From Botryllus schlosseri (taxonomy: Eukaryota), in NCBI GenBank assembly GCA_051294905.1, contig CM119381.1, forward strand, positions 22,816,001 to 22,880,000: a stretch of DNA of 64,000 bases, given 5' to 3'. This document shows positions 38,801 through 50,814 of the stretch, in pieces. How positions within the stretch are numbered: position 1 is the stretch's first letter; every line of letters starts with the position of its first letter. The notes beneath the pieces were generated by a model that ran no database searches, was not told where the DNA came from, and saw only the letters and a list, made by a program, of their open reading frames with translations. The position numbers were made by a program, and so were the translations under genes.

Positions 38801-41800
38801 GACGCGCAGTCGGTCAGTAAGATATCACGCCGAGGTCATTTCAATCAGTACACGTTACCGATGCGAATCACTTTTATAACACCCATATATATTTCATTCC
38901 CAGGCCATTGAATCCAAATCCGGAGTCAATGTTTTGGGCTTGATCGTTTTCTGTCTGACGTTCGGGGTGATTATCGGCAGAATGGGAGAAGACGGAAGGA
39001 TTCTCGTCAAATTCTTTGTGGCCGCAAACGAGGCCGTCATGAAAATGGTATACGTCATAATATGGTACGTGAATGTCACGCGCTACAGCTCGTAAGGCTC
39101 TAGTTCAGTGGTTCCTAACTTTTACTAAACTCTGGAACACTTACCGTAATCTGCAAGCCTTCGAGAACCCCAAATTCTCACTGTGTCATAAAAACAAAAA
39201 TGTACCACGACACACATTACTAGTGCACAACAAGAACTGTGCACCATAGCAGAGTGTTAACAGAACAAAACCATTAAAACATGATTTTCACACAAAACGA
39301 AAACATTATAATGGATATATATCAATTGCAAATAAGCGTGATTTCTGCTGTCACATTTCAGAAACTAATTTAGAAATGTGAGGTTTCACAATGGAAGGTG
39401 TCATCGTATTGTTCGGTTCGTGCGCAACAGCATGATGTCAATTGCTTAATTGCAAATGGACCTATAATAGGGATGGTGTGAACCTCACAAATTTAGAGGT
39501 TCACGTTCACAAACGAACCTCTGTAGGTTCTGCACTGTGAACATTATTCAATATTCATATACTGTATATTTGTTCACGTCATTATAACATCCTTGGTTAA
39601 AATTCTATGCATTTCAAGTTCGGACCACTCTATATGCATGGCTCTGGCAGCATAAAAAATCAACACTATAAACGAGCATGTTCTTTGTAAATCCTAAAAA
39701 CTTAACTTGCTTTGTTACAAAAGTTTGACGCGCAATCACACAACACCAAGAACAAGATACACTACATGTAGGTAGTCACCGAAGGATGCTGCTTTATTGA
39801 ACCAATCACTGAAATTGATATAAAGAATACATGGTTGTGCAATGTGCATGTGCAATGTAAAAAATCTAGCGGGCGCATCTTGACTCGATATGTTTATTGT
39901 ATCATAAAAACCAAATCCGTGCGATTGGGGTATTGGCTACCGTATTTATGGGGTAATATCGGTAGCAAGTATAGAAACCCGTTTTACACTCTGCTCAGTA
40001 TCAACGTATAGCAATTGTCAGACGCCGGATACATTGCCCGGTCTGGCCAAGACCGTTAAGGCGTAAGCTTATATTCCCTTGCAAGTCCTTGTCGACATTG
40101 TTGTCAAAGCCACCGAGGATATTAATTTTATGGGATTATTATAGCATTTGGTACTTCACCATTAAACCATATCTAACGGCTCACTGCGTTTGGGTTACGT
40201 CATTTTTTTCATTTGACCAAAGGCAATATTCAGACTGATGTCACAAGTGTCAATCGCAAGCTGCCGCTGTACTGATTACGAGAAGATAAATTCAAACTGC
40301 TCATGGCCCTGCAATCATTTAATGGACGGATTAAATTTCCATCTGCCCAAGACATACACATAATGTACAATGCGATATACAAGACAAACATTGCAATGTA
40401 ATTAACAGATAGGGGGGATACCGAACTGGTTGGTCAACCAGTTGGGGTCTCTTGAACTGGCATCCACCTCGACCCGATATGCCCGATATCACAGTCTTCA
40501 TCGATATTATATTATTATTATATTCTTCGTCGGTCCTTTTTCTATTTCTTGCTCTTTTTCTTTCTTAATCGGGTCTTTTTTTCTGGACTTTATTGTCGCC
40601 GTAAGAACAACGATGCGGGGGACGAGGAGCCCAGAATAACCTCCGACGACGGGAAGCGAACCCGCGCTGCCTGCTTGGATGGCGCCGACGCTACCACTAC
40701 GCTATCCCTCCTCCATCAAAAAACACATTACATTTTGACGCAATAATGCCGTCAGGAATAACGATGCCGCAGCCCAGGAGCAAGTGAGCAGGGTCACGGT
40801 GAGAGTAAGAATGAGAGTGCTCAATCGGCGTCACAACATATGGGCAACGCGCTTGTGGTTTGCGCCGCTGCTCACTTGCTCCTGAGATGCGTCATCGGTA
40901 TTTCATACGGCATTATTGAGTCACAATTCAAAATTCGTCACAATACACAATTTGAGGCGGATTCCAGGGGGTTCCAGGGCCACGGACAGAATAATTTTTT
41001 ACTTTCGAAATCAGTGACGCGGCGACATTTGATTGATACCCGTTTTATCAAAAATCGCGCTCAGCAAGTCAGCTTAAAAAGAATGCCGAAATTGCATTCG
41101 GCCAAATGGAGAGTATGAGGTAACCCAAACGCAGTGAGACGTTAGATGTCGCTGCGCCCACACAATTGTAGTTGTAGGGCAACATGATCATTGATCAGCA
41201 GGCCTGTTTATTTTTGGAGTTCTCCAAAAATAACAAAAATAGCTTAGTTTTGAATATTTTCAAATTTTATTTTTGGAGAATCTCCAAAAATAAGAAATGA
41301 AGGTGTTTTGAGCCCTATTACTACTGAAAAACTCCACCAAAAGTATGTTATTATCATTTATTCAAGTCCTCCAACACATAGATATCATCAGTGATCTTGA
41401 TCTAACTTTCCAATAAATTCTTCACAAATTTAGTCTTTGGCCTGAAGAATGCCTTCCAAAGAATATTAATCAGTGCGAGACGCCCCGCCGAGACCCTACT
41501 CGGCTTCTCCCACATGATTTTCGAGATATCGGTCTCGAACGTCGCAATTGTGGGAAGCATCGAGGTTAAGGGTCCAAAAATGGAGGAATGTCTAACTCTT
41601 AAAACTCTCCAATCTTCCAAGCCTTTGCTCCTGACCAGCGCTCGTCAGTAATGCGCTTGAAACCTATGATCCTCCACGAAGTTTCGTGCCTCATTGAACT
41701 TGACAGCCCAACACCCTCTGACTAGAAAGCCTTCCTTGTGGCGGTCCTCGTTGTCCCAGTCGTCGCCTGGACACAGAGCTCTAAGGCGTTCGACCAGGCG

Positions 41801-44532
41801 CATGAGCTCCTGCTGCTCCATGATCAGAACGTTAAGACCATGAAGCTTCGTAAAGGTTGTGCTCAGCTCTGTGAGACCGTGACTATGCGATCGAGAACGA
41901 TCAGCTGGATCCACCACTGCAGCGAAGGTGCACACGCCGGACTGTTCTCGTCCATAACATCAAGGAGTTTGGTACGATTTCCAGTCAACCAAGAGGCCAC
42001 CCTCTACATTGACAATAAACGAGCGTCAACAAACTTGGGGCGTGCACTTTCCATCTACTGGATCAAGTTATCTTGCCGTCTGAAGCATCAGCAGATCAGT
42101 CCCGTGATCGAGGTGGCGGTATATGATTTCGCCATTCCCTCTGCCTCCCTCAAGCTGCCTTCCCGTCTTCTCTGCGTGTCGCACTGTGAAACTTATAGGA
42201 GTACAAAGACGGAGGGGGAGGGCAAGGCCAGCAGAAACGTGGAGTGGATTGAGTGGAAGTAGTTTTAGCGTTTCGGTGACCCCCTCCCTCACACAGATAC
42301 AGTTTTTGTGTGTTTTTATGAGTTTCCTGGTCGTTTACATCGCCCTGACTTGTTTATTTCACTGAAAAACTTGAAAAAACGTCATCCAAAAAAATCTTAT
42401 TTTTGGATGTTTTCAAATCTTATTTTTGGAGAATCTCCAAAAATAAAACCCAATATCCAAAAATAAACAGGCCTGTTGATCAGTGATCTGATCACTAGGG
42501 CGGTTTTTTTTTGACATGTCAAAATTTGTCAAAATTTTGTCAAAATTGTAGTGTTAGGTCAAAATTTGTCAAAATTTTTCATAAAGTCGAAATTTTTTTG
42601 ACGTCTGCATTTCGTTCGTATCGTAGATTTTGCACTGTCGGTGAACTTATGATTTGATATTTTACAGCTTGTAGCCTGTTTTATAGGCCTACCGTTGTAC
42701 ATGGCTAATTGTCAAACAAGTAGGTAAACATGGTGTTATGGTCAACGTACCGCAATATCCTAACTGAAGGAAGACTTCTTGCGCATTGCATCATTTTTAT
42801 ATTAAGAAGCGCTTGATGGAAAATTGTGATGTAGACAACATTGTCAGAATGAAGCAACACGGTGTGTCAGCAGCAGTGTACGCACAACTTGAGTGTTGTC
42901 AGCCAACAACTGCTGCTGTTGAACGTCCTTGGCAAGCTTCTTAGTAGGACATGCACTTTCTACCAAAGAATGTAGGAAAGTATCTCTCGTTGTACTACAA
43001 ATTTTTTAAATTTTTTTTCACCATAATACATATTGTAAACACTGGAATTCTTCATAGGGCCAGATTTCGTTAAAATATTGGTTCTTCCGTGTAAAATGTT
43101 GCCTGTTTCTAAGCCAAAAAGTTTTTTCATGTCAAACTACTTCGTTAGGATAGTCAGTTCCATCCAGAAATGAAGGTAAGTGGTACAATTTTAACATTAT
43201 GTGGGAAAACACCTAATTTGCATACGTTAAGTCAAAATTTGGTCAAAATTCAGCTTGTTTAGGTCGAAAAAAGTCAAAATTTAAATTTTTTAGGTCAAAA
43301 TTTTCCGTTTTTTAGGTAAAAAAAACACCGCCCTACTGATCACCCACCACGTCGTATTACACTGCCGTATGTCACAGGTACTCTCCGGTCGGTATTGCGT
43401 TTTTGATAGCCAGCAAGATTATGGACATGGATCGCCCAGAAGAGGTTTTGGGACAGCTCGGACTGTACATGGCCACCGTTATAGCCGGCCTCTTTATTCA
43501 TGGATTTATCTTCCTGCCCATCATCTATTTTGTCATAGTGCGAAAGAATCCTATCAGATATATCTTCGGAGCCTCTCAGGTTTGCGTCAAGATTCTCAGA
43601 TGTATGAAACCAAATTGTGACCGATATGTAATTATTTCCACGCAGGCTCTTCTCACTGCATTAGCAACGGCGTCTAGCTCCGCAACCCTTCCCGTTACAA
43701 TAAAATGCCTCGAAGAGAAGAATGGAGTCGATAAAAGAGTGGTGAGGTACGAGTAAAACAGAGATCCACAACTGCTAATATGAATTGCTTGAAGACACCC
43801 ACACTTATGACAGATTAGTGCTCCCTGTGGGTGCTACAATCAATATGGACGGAACCGCATTGTACGAGGCTGTGGCGGCGATTTTCATCGCTCAGTCGAC
43901 CGGTATTACTCTTAATTTCGGTCAAATTGTGGTAGTAAGGTAAGATTTTGTTTAGACCACCGATGTTCGGGAATAAAATTACTGTTTTTATTAAGCATCA
44001 CGGCTACCGCAGCTAGCATCGGCGCGGCCGGGGTGCCTCAAGCTGGTTTGGTCACTCTCCTTATTGTGATGTCCGCGGTCGGCCTGCCATCTGATGGAAT
44101 CGAGTTAATTCTAGCGATTGATTGGTTGCTGTGAGTATGCATTACAGATAATGATAAGACAGTTACACCGGGCAGGCTTTGCTTTTATCGATATGGGAAT
44201 ATCTTGTAAAAACTGGTTATTTGCTATCGCATTTACTGATTTTCATCTATATACATAGTGACCGATTTCGCACTACCATCAACGTACTGGGTGACAGCAT
44301 TGGTGCAGGAGTGGTTGCTCACTTATCAAGATACGATCTTCTTGAGGACAGCAATGACAAGACTAATCATGGTGGTAGAGACTTTGGCGATATAGAGGTT
44401 TGGAGCATGATCAATTATTATCAATACCGGAAGGTACGGGCTATTTACAATATATAAAACTATGTATTTCAGCCGACTATCACATCAAAGCAAGGAGCAG
44501 ATAATGCTGGATTTGATGATACCGTCATATAG
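35809..44532 (+). CDS. SLC1A: SLC1A family excitatory amino acid (glutamate/aspartate) transporter, paralogue 1, intact
   Basis: 12 phase-consistent exons: 35809-36043, 36734-36856, 37982-38063, 38131-38173, 38233-38379, 38904-39064, 43378-43579, 43646-43746, 43814-43939, 43996-44130, 44259-44397, 44473-44532 (TAG). Motifs [72 protein letters not shown]. The TM8 Arg points to acidic substrates rather than ASCT type. Family-level symbol only. Confidence 0.95.
40171..41147. mobile_element. Older inverted-repeat element with family A-related inner arms and an approx. 600-bp unique core
   Basis: 33-bp IR ATCTAACG(G/T)CTCACTGCGTTTGGGTTAC(G/C)TCAT at both ends. 40210-40330 and 40935-41110 are diverged versions of the family A arm. 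No TSD seen. Confidence 0.6.
41199..42475 (-). mobile_element. Internally deleted hAT element (1277 bp) carrying decayed transposase sequence
   Basis: TIR CAGGCCTGTTTATTTTTGGA; perfect TSD TTGATCAG (41191-41198, 42476-42483); palindromic subterminal repeats TTATTTTTGGAG..(.)CTCCAAAAATAA; GC-rich coding-like interior on the minus strand. Confidence 0.9.
41402..42160 (-). pseudogene. Decayed putative hAT transposase fragment (stops and frameshifts)
   Basis: Minus-strand translation ...[73 protein letters not shown], then frameshift to [31 protein letters not shown]...; lies between hAT TIRs. Confidence 0.6.
42496..43335. mobile_element. hAT-type MITE, 840 bp
   Basis: TIR TAGGGCGGT.TTTTTTT / AAAAAAACACCGCCCTA; perfect TSD CTGATCAC (42488-42495, 43336-43343); GTCAAAATTT subterminal repeats. 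Confidence 0.9.
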
Positions 44533-45569
44533 CATGATATTAGAAAAGTCTAACACATATACTGAATAATGTATCGATAGAATGAAATTTGCTTAGCTTT
44601 ATTCGGTGGCTTGTGACTTTTGCCTGCTTGTTCTTGAAATTGCAGTATTACTTACACATATAGCATAGCCCTACATCGTCTTTTACAATCGCGTTATACG
44701 ATGTACTCCTTTTGATCTGGAAGTTTCAATTAAAAGGACTTCTTTAAACACAAGGTAGTTGACACACATGCAGGGAAGATTACTTGCTACATATGCTGTT
44801 GTGCTGAACGTGAAGTGAGCACCGCGAGAACGCACGATAAAAAGTAGAGCCGAAACGTCTAGATATGCATTATACACCCAGGTTCAGAAAAGGACTTCGA
44901 CGAAATATTGGAAACCTTGATACATATTTCAAGCGTTATCATAAAGGTTCCGACGATTTGCGATAGGAAGGTAGTACTAAAGGTGGCAAAAGTAATCAAC
45001 AAAGCTACTCAAGTATAGAAGTAGTGACGTGGAATCCCACTCAAACAACGAGTAGAATTAGAATTGTTCAAGTTCAAGTTTATTCATAAAATATCATTAT
45101 TTCAAACATCACAAGACTGCGATACAATGAAAGATAGGAAGGTGCCGAAACGACTTGGCGTAGTCTTGAGATCAGACAACCACCTGGGTTTAGGCGATGT
45201 AAATATAGGAGGCATGCACACTGAATGAAAGTAAAAGAGGATAATATAAAATGATAAGCGACAAAATCAGGTGGCTTGTGACGGAAGGCGAGATGAATAT
45301 GTCAGGTCGTGGTCCGGTAAATGTCGAGGGCTGACTAGCTGACTAGTCCGGCTTTGAATATTACTCTGTTATTAGATAGTTGTGAAAAACAATCTTGGTC
45401 TAGACCTGGAAAGTGGCAACATGCGCGCAGTACAGGGCGCTGGGTTCGTGCCACCTACATCCGAAGAAGTAGAAGTTTTAACCAACATTACAATTCTGCC
45501 GCATGATGGGATGCAAATCATCGTTTTTCTGTAGAACAATGGAGGTATTGTATCGGATACAGTACAGCA

Positions 45570-46369
45570 TAGTGGTTCTCAATCTTTCTGTCTTCGCGGA
45601 CCCCTTTTGTCCGTCACGGACTCCCCTAAACACTGAGTTTTAGTTAAAATTTAGCTCCATTATCGTGCATCCGTCGTCTGTCTTGTGCAAATATTAACTG
45701 TAGTCAAGTGATAAACAGCAAAAAATGACTATTCTTGAAAATAATATCAATACTATTTATGTAGAAATTGTGTAGACGTCTATTATTTCAAAACGAATTA
45801 TGCATCTGCATTTCTTGATATACGTGATCGCGTCTTCAAAATTTGCACCTTCGATTGGATATGTACGATTGCCGAAAATCCATTTCCACAAAAGTAGGTG
45901 GAGGCGAATATAATATAAAAGGGTAACGCTTCCGACGACACCTTTCGGTAGGATCGCAACATATACTGAACCAAGATTGAGAAGCAGATTTTTTAACGAA
46001 CATATAACGTCCAGCATAGTCATTTCTATCCAGCAGCTCATCATGAAATTATTCTGGAATAGTGGTTATATCACCGCAGAAAATGGATTTTTGTAAACAT
46101 TTTAAATTCATCCTGATTGATCTTACTATACTCCAACAACTTTTTTCGGAAATCTGTTTGTAGCAGTAGACAATTAGGCAATTAAAATGAGTTTGCGCAG
46201 TAGAATAGGCCTATTTCATCTCAGACGGCCATTCTGTAGATGTGAGTCGTGCAGTTTTAGCGGTAATGAAGCAAAACTGACCAGTGATTTCCTTAATAAA
46301 AAAAAGAAGTTATCAACCATTTCGCGAGCCCCGTGAAAATGCTTCGCGGACCCCGGTTGAGAACCAATG
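45570..46369 (-). pseudogene. hAT Charlie/Buster-type transposon remnant with a decayed transposase C-terminal (dimerisation) region
   Basis: Ends TAGTGGTTCTCAA.. and GCGGACCCCGGTTGAGAACCAATG. Broken minus-strand frames give KNPFS..., FHDELLD..., STYFCGNGFSAIVHIQSK, similar to the STYLCExGFS motif. TSD not recovered. Confidence 0.65.
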
Positions 46370-46876
46370 CTGTCCGGTATTATCCACATACCTATGCCTC
46401 TACTCATCCCTATGCCGTCTTGCTAAGCTTGGGTAAATCGCTGACTGTGCTAAAGTCATGAACCATGTAGCTCCTGTAGGTGCAATAAACATTATCGATA
46501 TATACATATATTCCGGTAAATATTTATATAATTGGACGTGGTTACGTTTGGTGCAATTTGAAATAAAACTGTATGTGTAGCTCTCTGCCTATCACTAGTT
46601 CTTCTTTCTTTATCCGACAGGCAAGCCAGGGGTCATAGAGTATATAGTCTCAAATCGTTACTACTAGCGACGGGAATAAAGCGGCGCAGCCAATGAGCGA
46701 AAGAGGCATTGTCGCCGAAAATTTGTTTCTATTCTGGACGTTCCGAAACTGTCTAGCTCAGTGGTTCTTAACCTTTATTAAACCAGGGAACAATTACGTT
46801 AATCTTCAAGCCTTCAGGAACCCCAAATTTTTGCTTAGACATAAAACCAAAAATCAACCACTGTAGGTCTCTACAC

Positions 46877-47959
46877 CAGGAGTGGGCGACCTACGGCCGT
46901 AAAAGGAGATTTGTGCAGCCGTGACACGTAATTTAATTAGTAGGCCTATGTGTTGGCGGCCGTCGACAGGTAAATTGAATTTACAAATTGACTCCCGAAT
47001 TTTTGAGATTTTAATTCATCTTGAAATTCCCTTCGCGCTACGCGCGATTAAATGCCGTCCTTAATTTTTCGATTTTAATATAGTAGCGCCCTTAGCAATC
47101 TGAGCCCCACAGTACAGATGCGAACAGCACGGGGATATGATGCGCTCCATATAGAAATACCAATTTGGAATCGTGTGCTTCTCACGAAAGAAATTCGTTT
47201 CTGGTACGTTTAGGCGATTCCAATATATTTCCACTATAGCCTACCGACAATCCTGATGGGAGGTCAAGAAATAACAGCATGCAACAAAGCGACTAAAAAC
47301 GATCGGTCAACCCGAAGATGCATCATCATGTGTAATTTGCCCTCAATTTCCGAACTCCGAAGACACTATACCTTCATCAACTCCGCCAGTGAATTTAATC
47401 ACATAGGCTGATAAAGGATAAATATTTGATGGTAATATGTTAACCTACTACTATTTCTTGTCGCTTTCTTTTCTACACTATATTCTTTACTTTCATTCAG
47501 TGTGCATGCCTCCTCTTTACATCGCCTAGGCCAAGGTGGGTGTCAGATTCCATAGACTACTCCTTGTCGCTTCGACATCTTCCTGTCTTTTCATTGTATC
47601 GCATTTTTTGTGGTGTATTGAACTGATAAAATTGCTAATAAACCAATGATGATGATGATGATGATACTAACAATAATGACGAAATTCATTTGTGAATCTG
47701 AAAAACTTTTCGCGTTGCGCGCGACCATAACGTATCCCAGTAATTGTTCAAAACATGGTCACTCGCGGTTTCGGTGTGTATGGTAAGCCGATATGAGAAA
47801 GTAGATTAGTCCGGAGTTCACCGTAAATGGTCCTAGACAGTTTAACATTGGTATTTGGCGCCCAGTTAGTTCATTGCGGCTTATGCGCTGGAATGCGGCC
47901 GTACAGGCTACATAAGTAATCGAAATGCGGCCGTGAAGCAAAAAGATTGCCCAACCCTG
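46877..47959. mobile_element. Older hAT Charlie-type element (1083 bp) containing an inserted retroposon 3' end
   Basis: Termini CAGGAGTGGGCGAC / GATTGCCCAACCCTG; GCGGCCGT subterminal motifs; flanks CTCTACAC / TTCTATAC (6/8). Confidence 0.55.
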
Positions 47960-48350
47960 TTCTATACACACATGCACTTCTAATACATTGCTATTCTAGT
48001 ATTTATTATAGATCACGGGTGTACAAAATGAGCTGAGCATCAACAGAGTGTTAAAAGAACAAAACCATTGAAATATGATTTTCACACAACGCGAAAAAAT
48101 ATAGAGAATATATATTGCAAATCCGCGTGACTGCCATTTTCTATTTCAGATAACAGTTCCGAAATGCGAGGCTTACCCGTGGAAAGTGACAGCGTATTGT
48201 TCGGTCGACACGCAACATCGTGATACCAATTTCCTAATCGCAAATGAGATTATAAATGCTGGAGATAGAATTTGCATTTCAGGAGTACGCGGTTTTAATT
48301 TGGTACCCCGACCTGCCCCGCATACGCCACTGCACACGGCGTACCACCAC

Positions 48351-48903
48351 TAGGGTTGCATTTACAACAAAAATCAATTTAAAACAAACACGTTTAAAAC
48401 AAAGCCTAAGTTTTTGTAGCCATGACGTCACGACTATTTAATTGTAACGTCACAATATATTGACATTGACAATTCAATTGAAAATACAGTATAAATATGG
48501 CTCTTTCGACGATAAGAGCTTCCGACCACTGTCACAAACAGACCAAAAGTATATTTAACCAGGACTACATCGTTATGCAGCATTTTTACGGTCGGCGGTA
48601 CTCATCATCAGAACAGCCATTTCGTTCCAATGATCTATATATATACATGCTAAAACTGTTGAACCGACGACGATTTCGAGGGTTCCAGTCACCCCACATC
48701 GTATACATCAACTATTATGGGTACAAATCGTCCGTAGGCTCATACAACATGGTTTTTCGGACGTATTTACACAATTACGGCATAGTTAGACAACGTTTGA
48801 AGAAAACACAATAAAAAAAAGACATTTGATTAAAACACTGTTCAAAACATCTTTTATTTAAACAAAGTGTTTTAAAACACCGTTTGTTTTAAATGCAATC
48901 CTA
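48351..48903. mobile_element. hAT-type MITE (family X), 553 bp
   Basis: Termini TAGGGTTGCATTT / AAATGCAATCCTA; perfect TSD ACCACCAC (48343-48350, 48904-48911); TTTAAAAC repeats. Confidence 0.85.
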
Positions 48904-50272
48904 ACCACCACCAAATCACAATTAGACTATACTGATCGGGCCTAATTGCCTGCAACCAGTGATGGCCAAGACGGGCGACACACACAAATTATCTATATGT
49001 AGAGGTTGAGTGTGTGTGTCTTAACCTTCAGGGAACCCCTGAGCAGGACATGGTATGTTATGAAATATGGTATGGTATGGAACGAAATTTCAGTATGGAA
49101 TATGGAAGAGTGTAAGTATGGTATGGTATGGAAATTTCCCAAGTATGGTATGAAATGTTCTTTCCATACTTCCATACTTTTTCCATACTTTGGCAGTTTT
49201 GCCAGAATCATGACTATGATCCCACTTTCGATTTGTCAAATTGATTGCATACCTCAGAAAATCGCTCACTGTATATGTTCATATCTCAAATTGCGATTTA
49301 TCACACACCCACCCCGGTCGACATCTATTTGAAGACAACAAAGTAGAGCTACGCGCATATGAACGAAAATAATATTAACAATGAATATTCAAATCAATTC
49401 AAATCTAAATATCATAAAAACGAACGATATTCGACCGCTGTGGTCTTACAACTGGCATTTCGCTTAACATACGCTCACTCCGTAAACTATACCAAGGGAG
49501 TTTAAAATCGTAGATTCTGAGAATTTAAAAGTTACTTGAATATTTATATCAATTTGTTGAGCTTGGAAACAATTTTCTGCGCTTTGGTAGGTTGATCATC
49601 ACGCAATATCTATTTGACATAACCATCATTGTAATTCAAAAATATGTAGCTTGTCTTGGTGCGACGTTACGATATGCCGGCCTCCAACACGCATTAAACT
49701 TCATGAAATTTGGTTATCTCTGATAAAAGAATAGACACCCTGATCCTGGCTAATGAATCTAATGTGTGGCCCACAGATTGGCGGGAAAAATTAATATTTG
49801 ATCCGCTGTACCAAAATCATTGTAGTGATGTAAATTTATATTATAAGGTATATTCTAATGCAGAGGTTTCGAACCGGTGGGTAATTCACGGGTGTCTGGC
49901 CGGGTATAGACTCACTTGTAAAAAAATCATTATTGGCCTCCTTTATTAAACGTCTGTATGAAATGCCGATCGTATCTCTGATATTTAGGCTCATTTGCAA
50001 TTCAGCAATCGTATCAGTGCCTTCCATTAGCGAGAATCGACAGGACACTGGACAGCGGCAAGCGATCTTCCCCATACGTTGTTATTCAATCAGTCGCATG
50101 CGAAATGGTGTGATTAAAATCACCTGATTCGTTATAATAAGAGTTCATATGTATGTGAATATGTATTCAGGGAGATCGCGGACTCGCTAATTGATAGCAT
50201 AGCCGGACTCGTTACAGATGAAATGACATATTTCTTTCGAGTTACGTACCGTGCGAAAGTGTATAGCTCATG

Positions 50273-50534
50273 GCGTCCCAATGCCAATCTCCATAACAAT
50301 GAAAAATTAGAGGCTGATTGTGGGGGTTCCAGGGCCGCGAGCGGAATAAAATTTATATTTTCGTAATCAGTACGGCGGCAGCTTTCGATTGATACCCGTT
50401 TTATCAAATTTGATGCTCGGCAAGTCGGTCAAAAATCACCGTCAAATTGCCTGTAGCCAAATGGAAACTGTGACGTGATACAATTTCATTGAACCGTGCG
50501 ATTTGCTTGTGTCGACACCATATAGGACACTATG
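50273..50534. mobile_element. Solo right arm of the family A foldback, 280 bp upstream of the SLC1A paralogue 2 ATG
   Basis: Appears identical to the corresponding part of arm 17674-17948; the ORF track gives the same translation for 17606-17821 and the start of 50132-50407. No partner arm upstream. Confidence 0.85.
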
Positions 50535-50814
50535 GTTACAGTGTTCGTACAAGTACATGTTCGCCAGGCTCCGACTAGCAATATCTTGGGCGTGACCGGT
50601 GAGTGCGATTCATCATTCGCCGTAAAGCACCTCTCGTGAAGCAAACCTACATAGAAAAATGAATGAGCAGGCTGTATCACACACGAACAGTTGTTTAACG
50701 GCGCATTAGCTCCTAACAAGTCAGATTACGGAGCAAGCGCGGCTCATAACGTCTTCTTAGTTTACAGCGTAATAGAATAAGGACATATACTGCGTTATAC
50801 GAACATCCAGCGAG

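Noticed and set aside
40840-41118. Harbinger/PIF transposase fragment
   Set aside because: No DDE motif recognised; the ORF runs through a 17-bp IR and a family A arm.
41738-42262. 174-aa plus-strand ORF
   Set aside because: Antisense shadow of the decayed minus-strand coding sequence; no recognisable motif or splice support.
49040-49200. (TATGG)n/(CCATA)n tract and ORFs 48993-49211 and 49006-49332
   Set aside because: Simple-repeat, MITE-like sequence; the ORFs are low-complexity artefacts.
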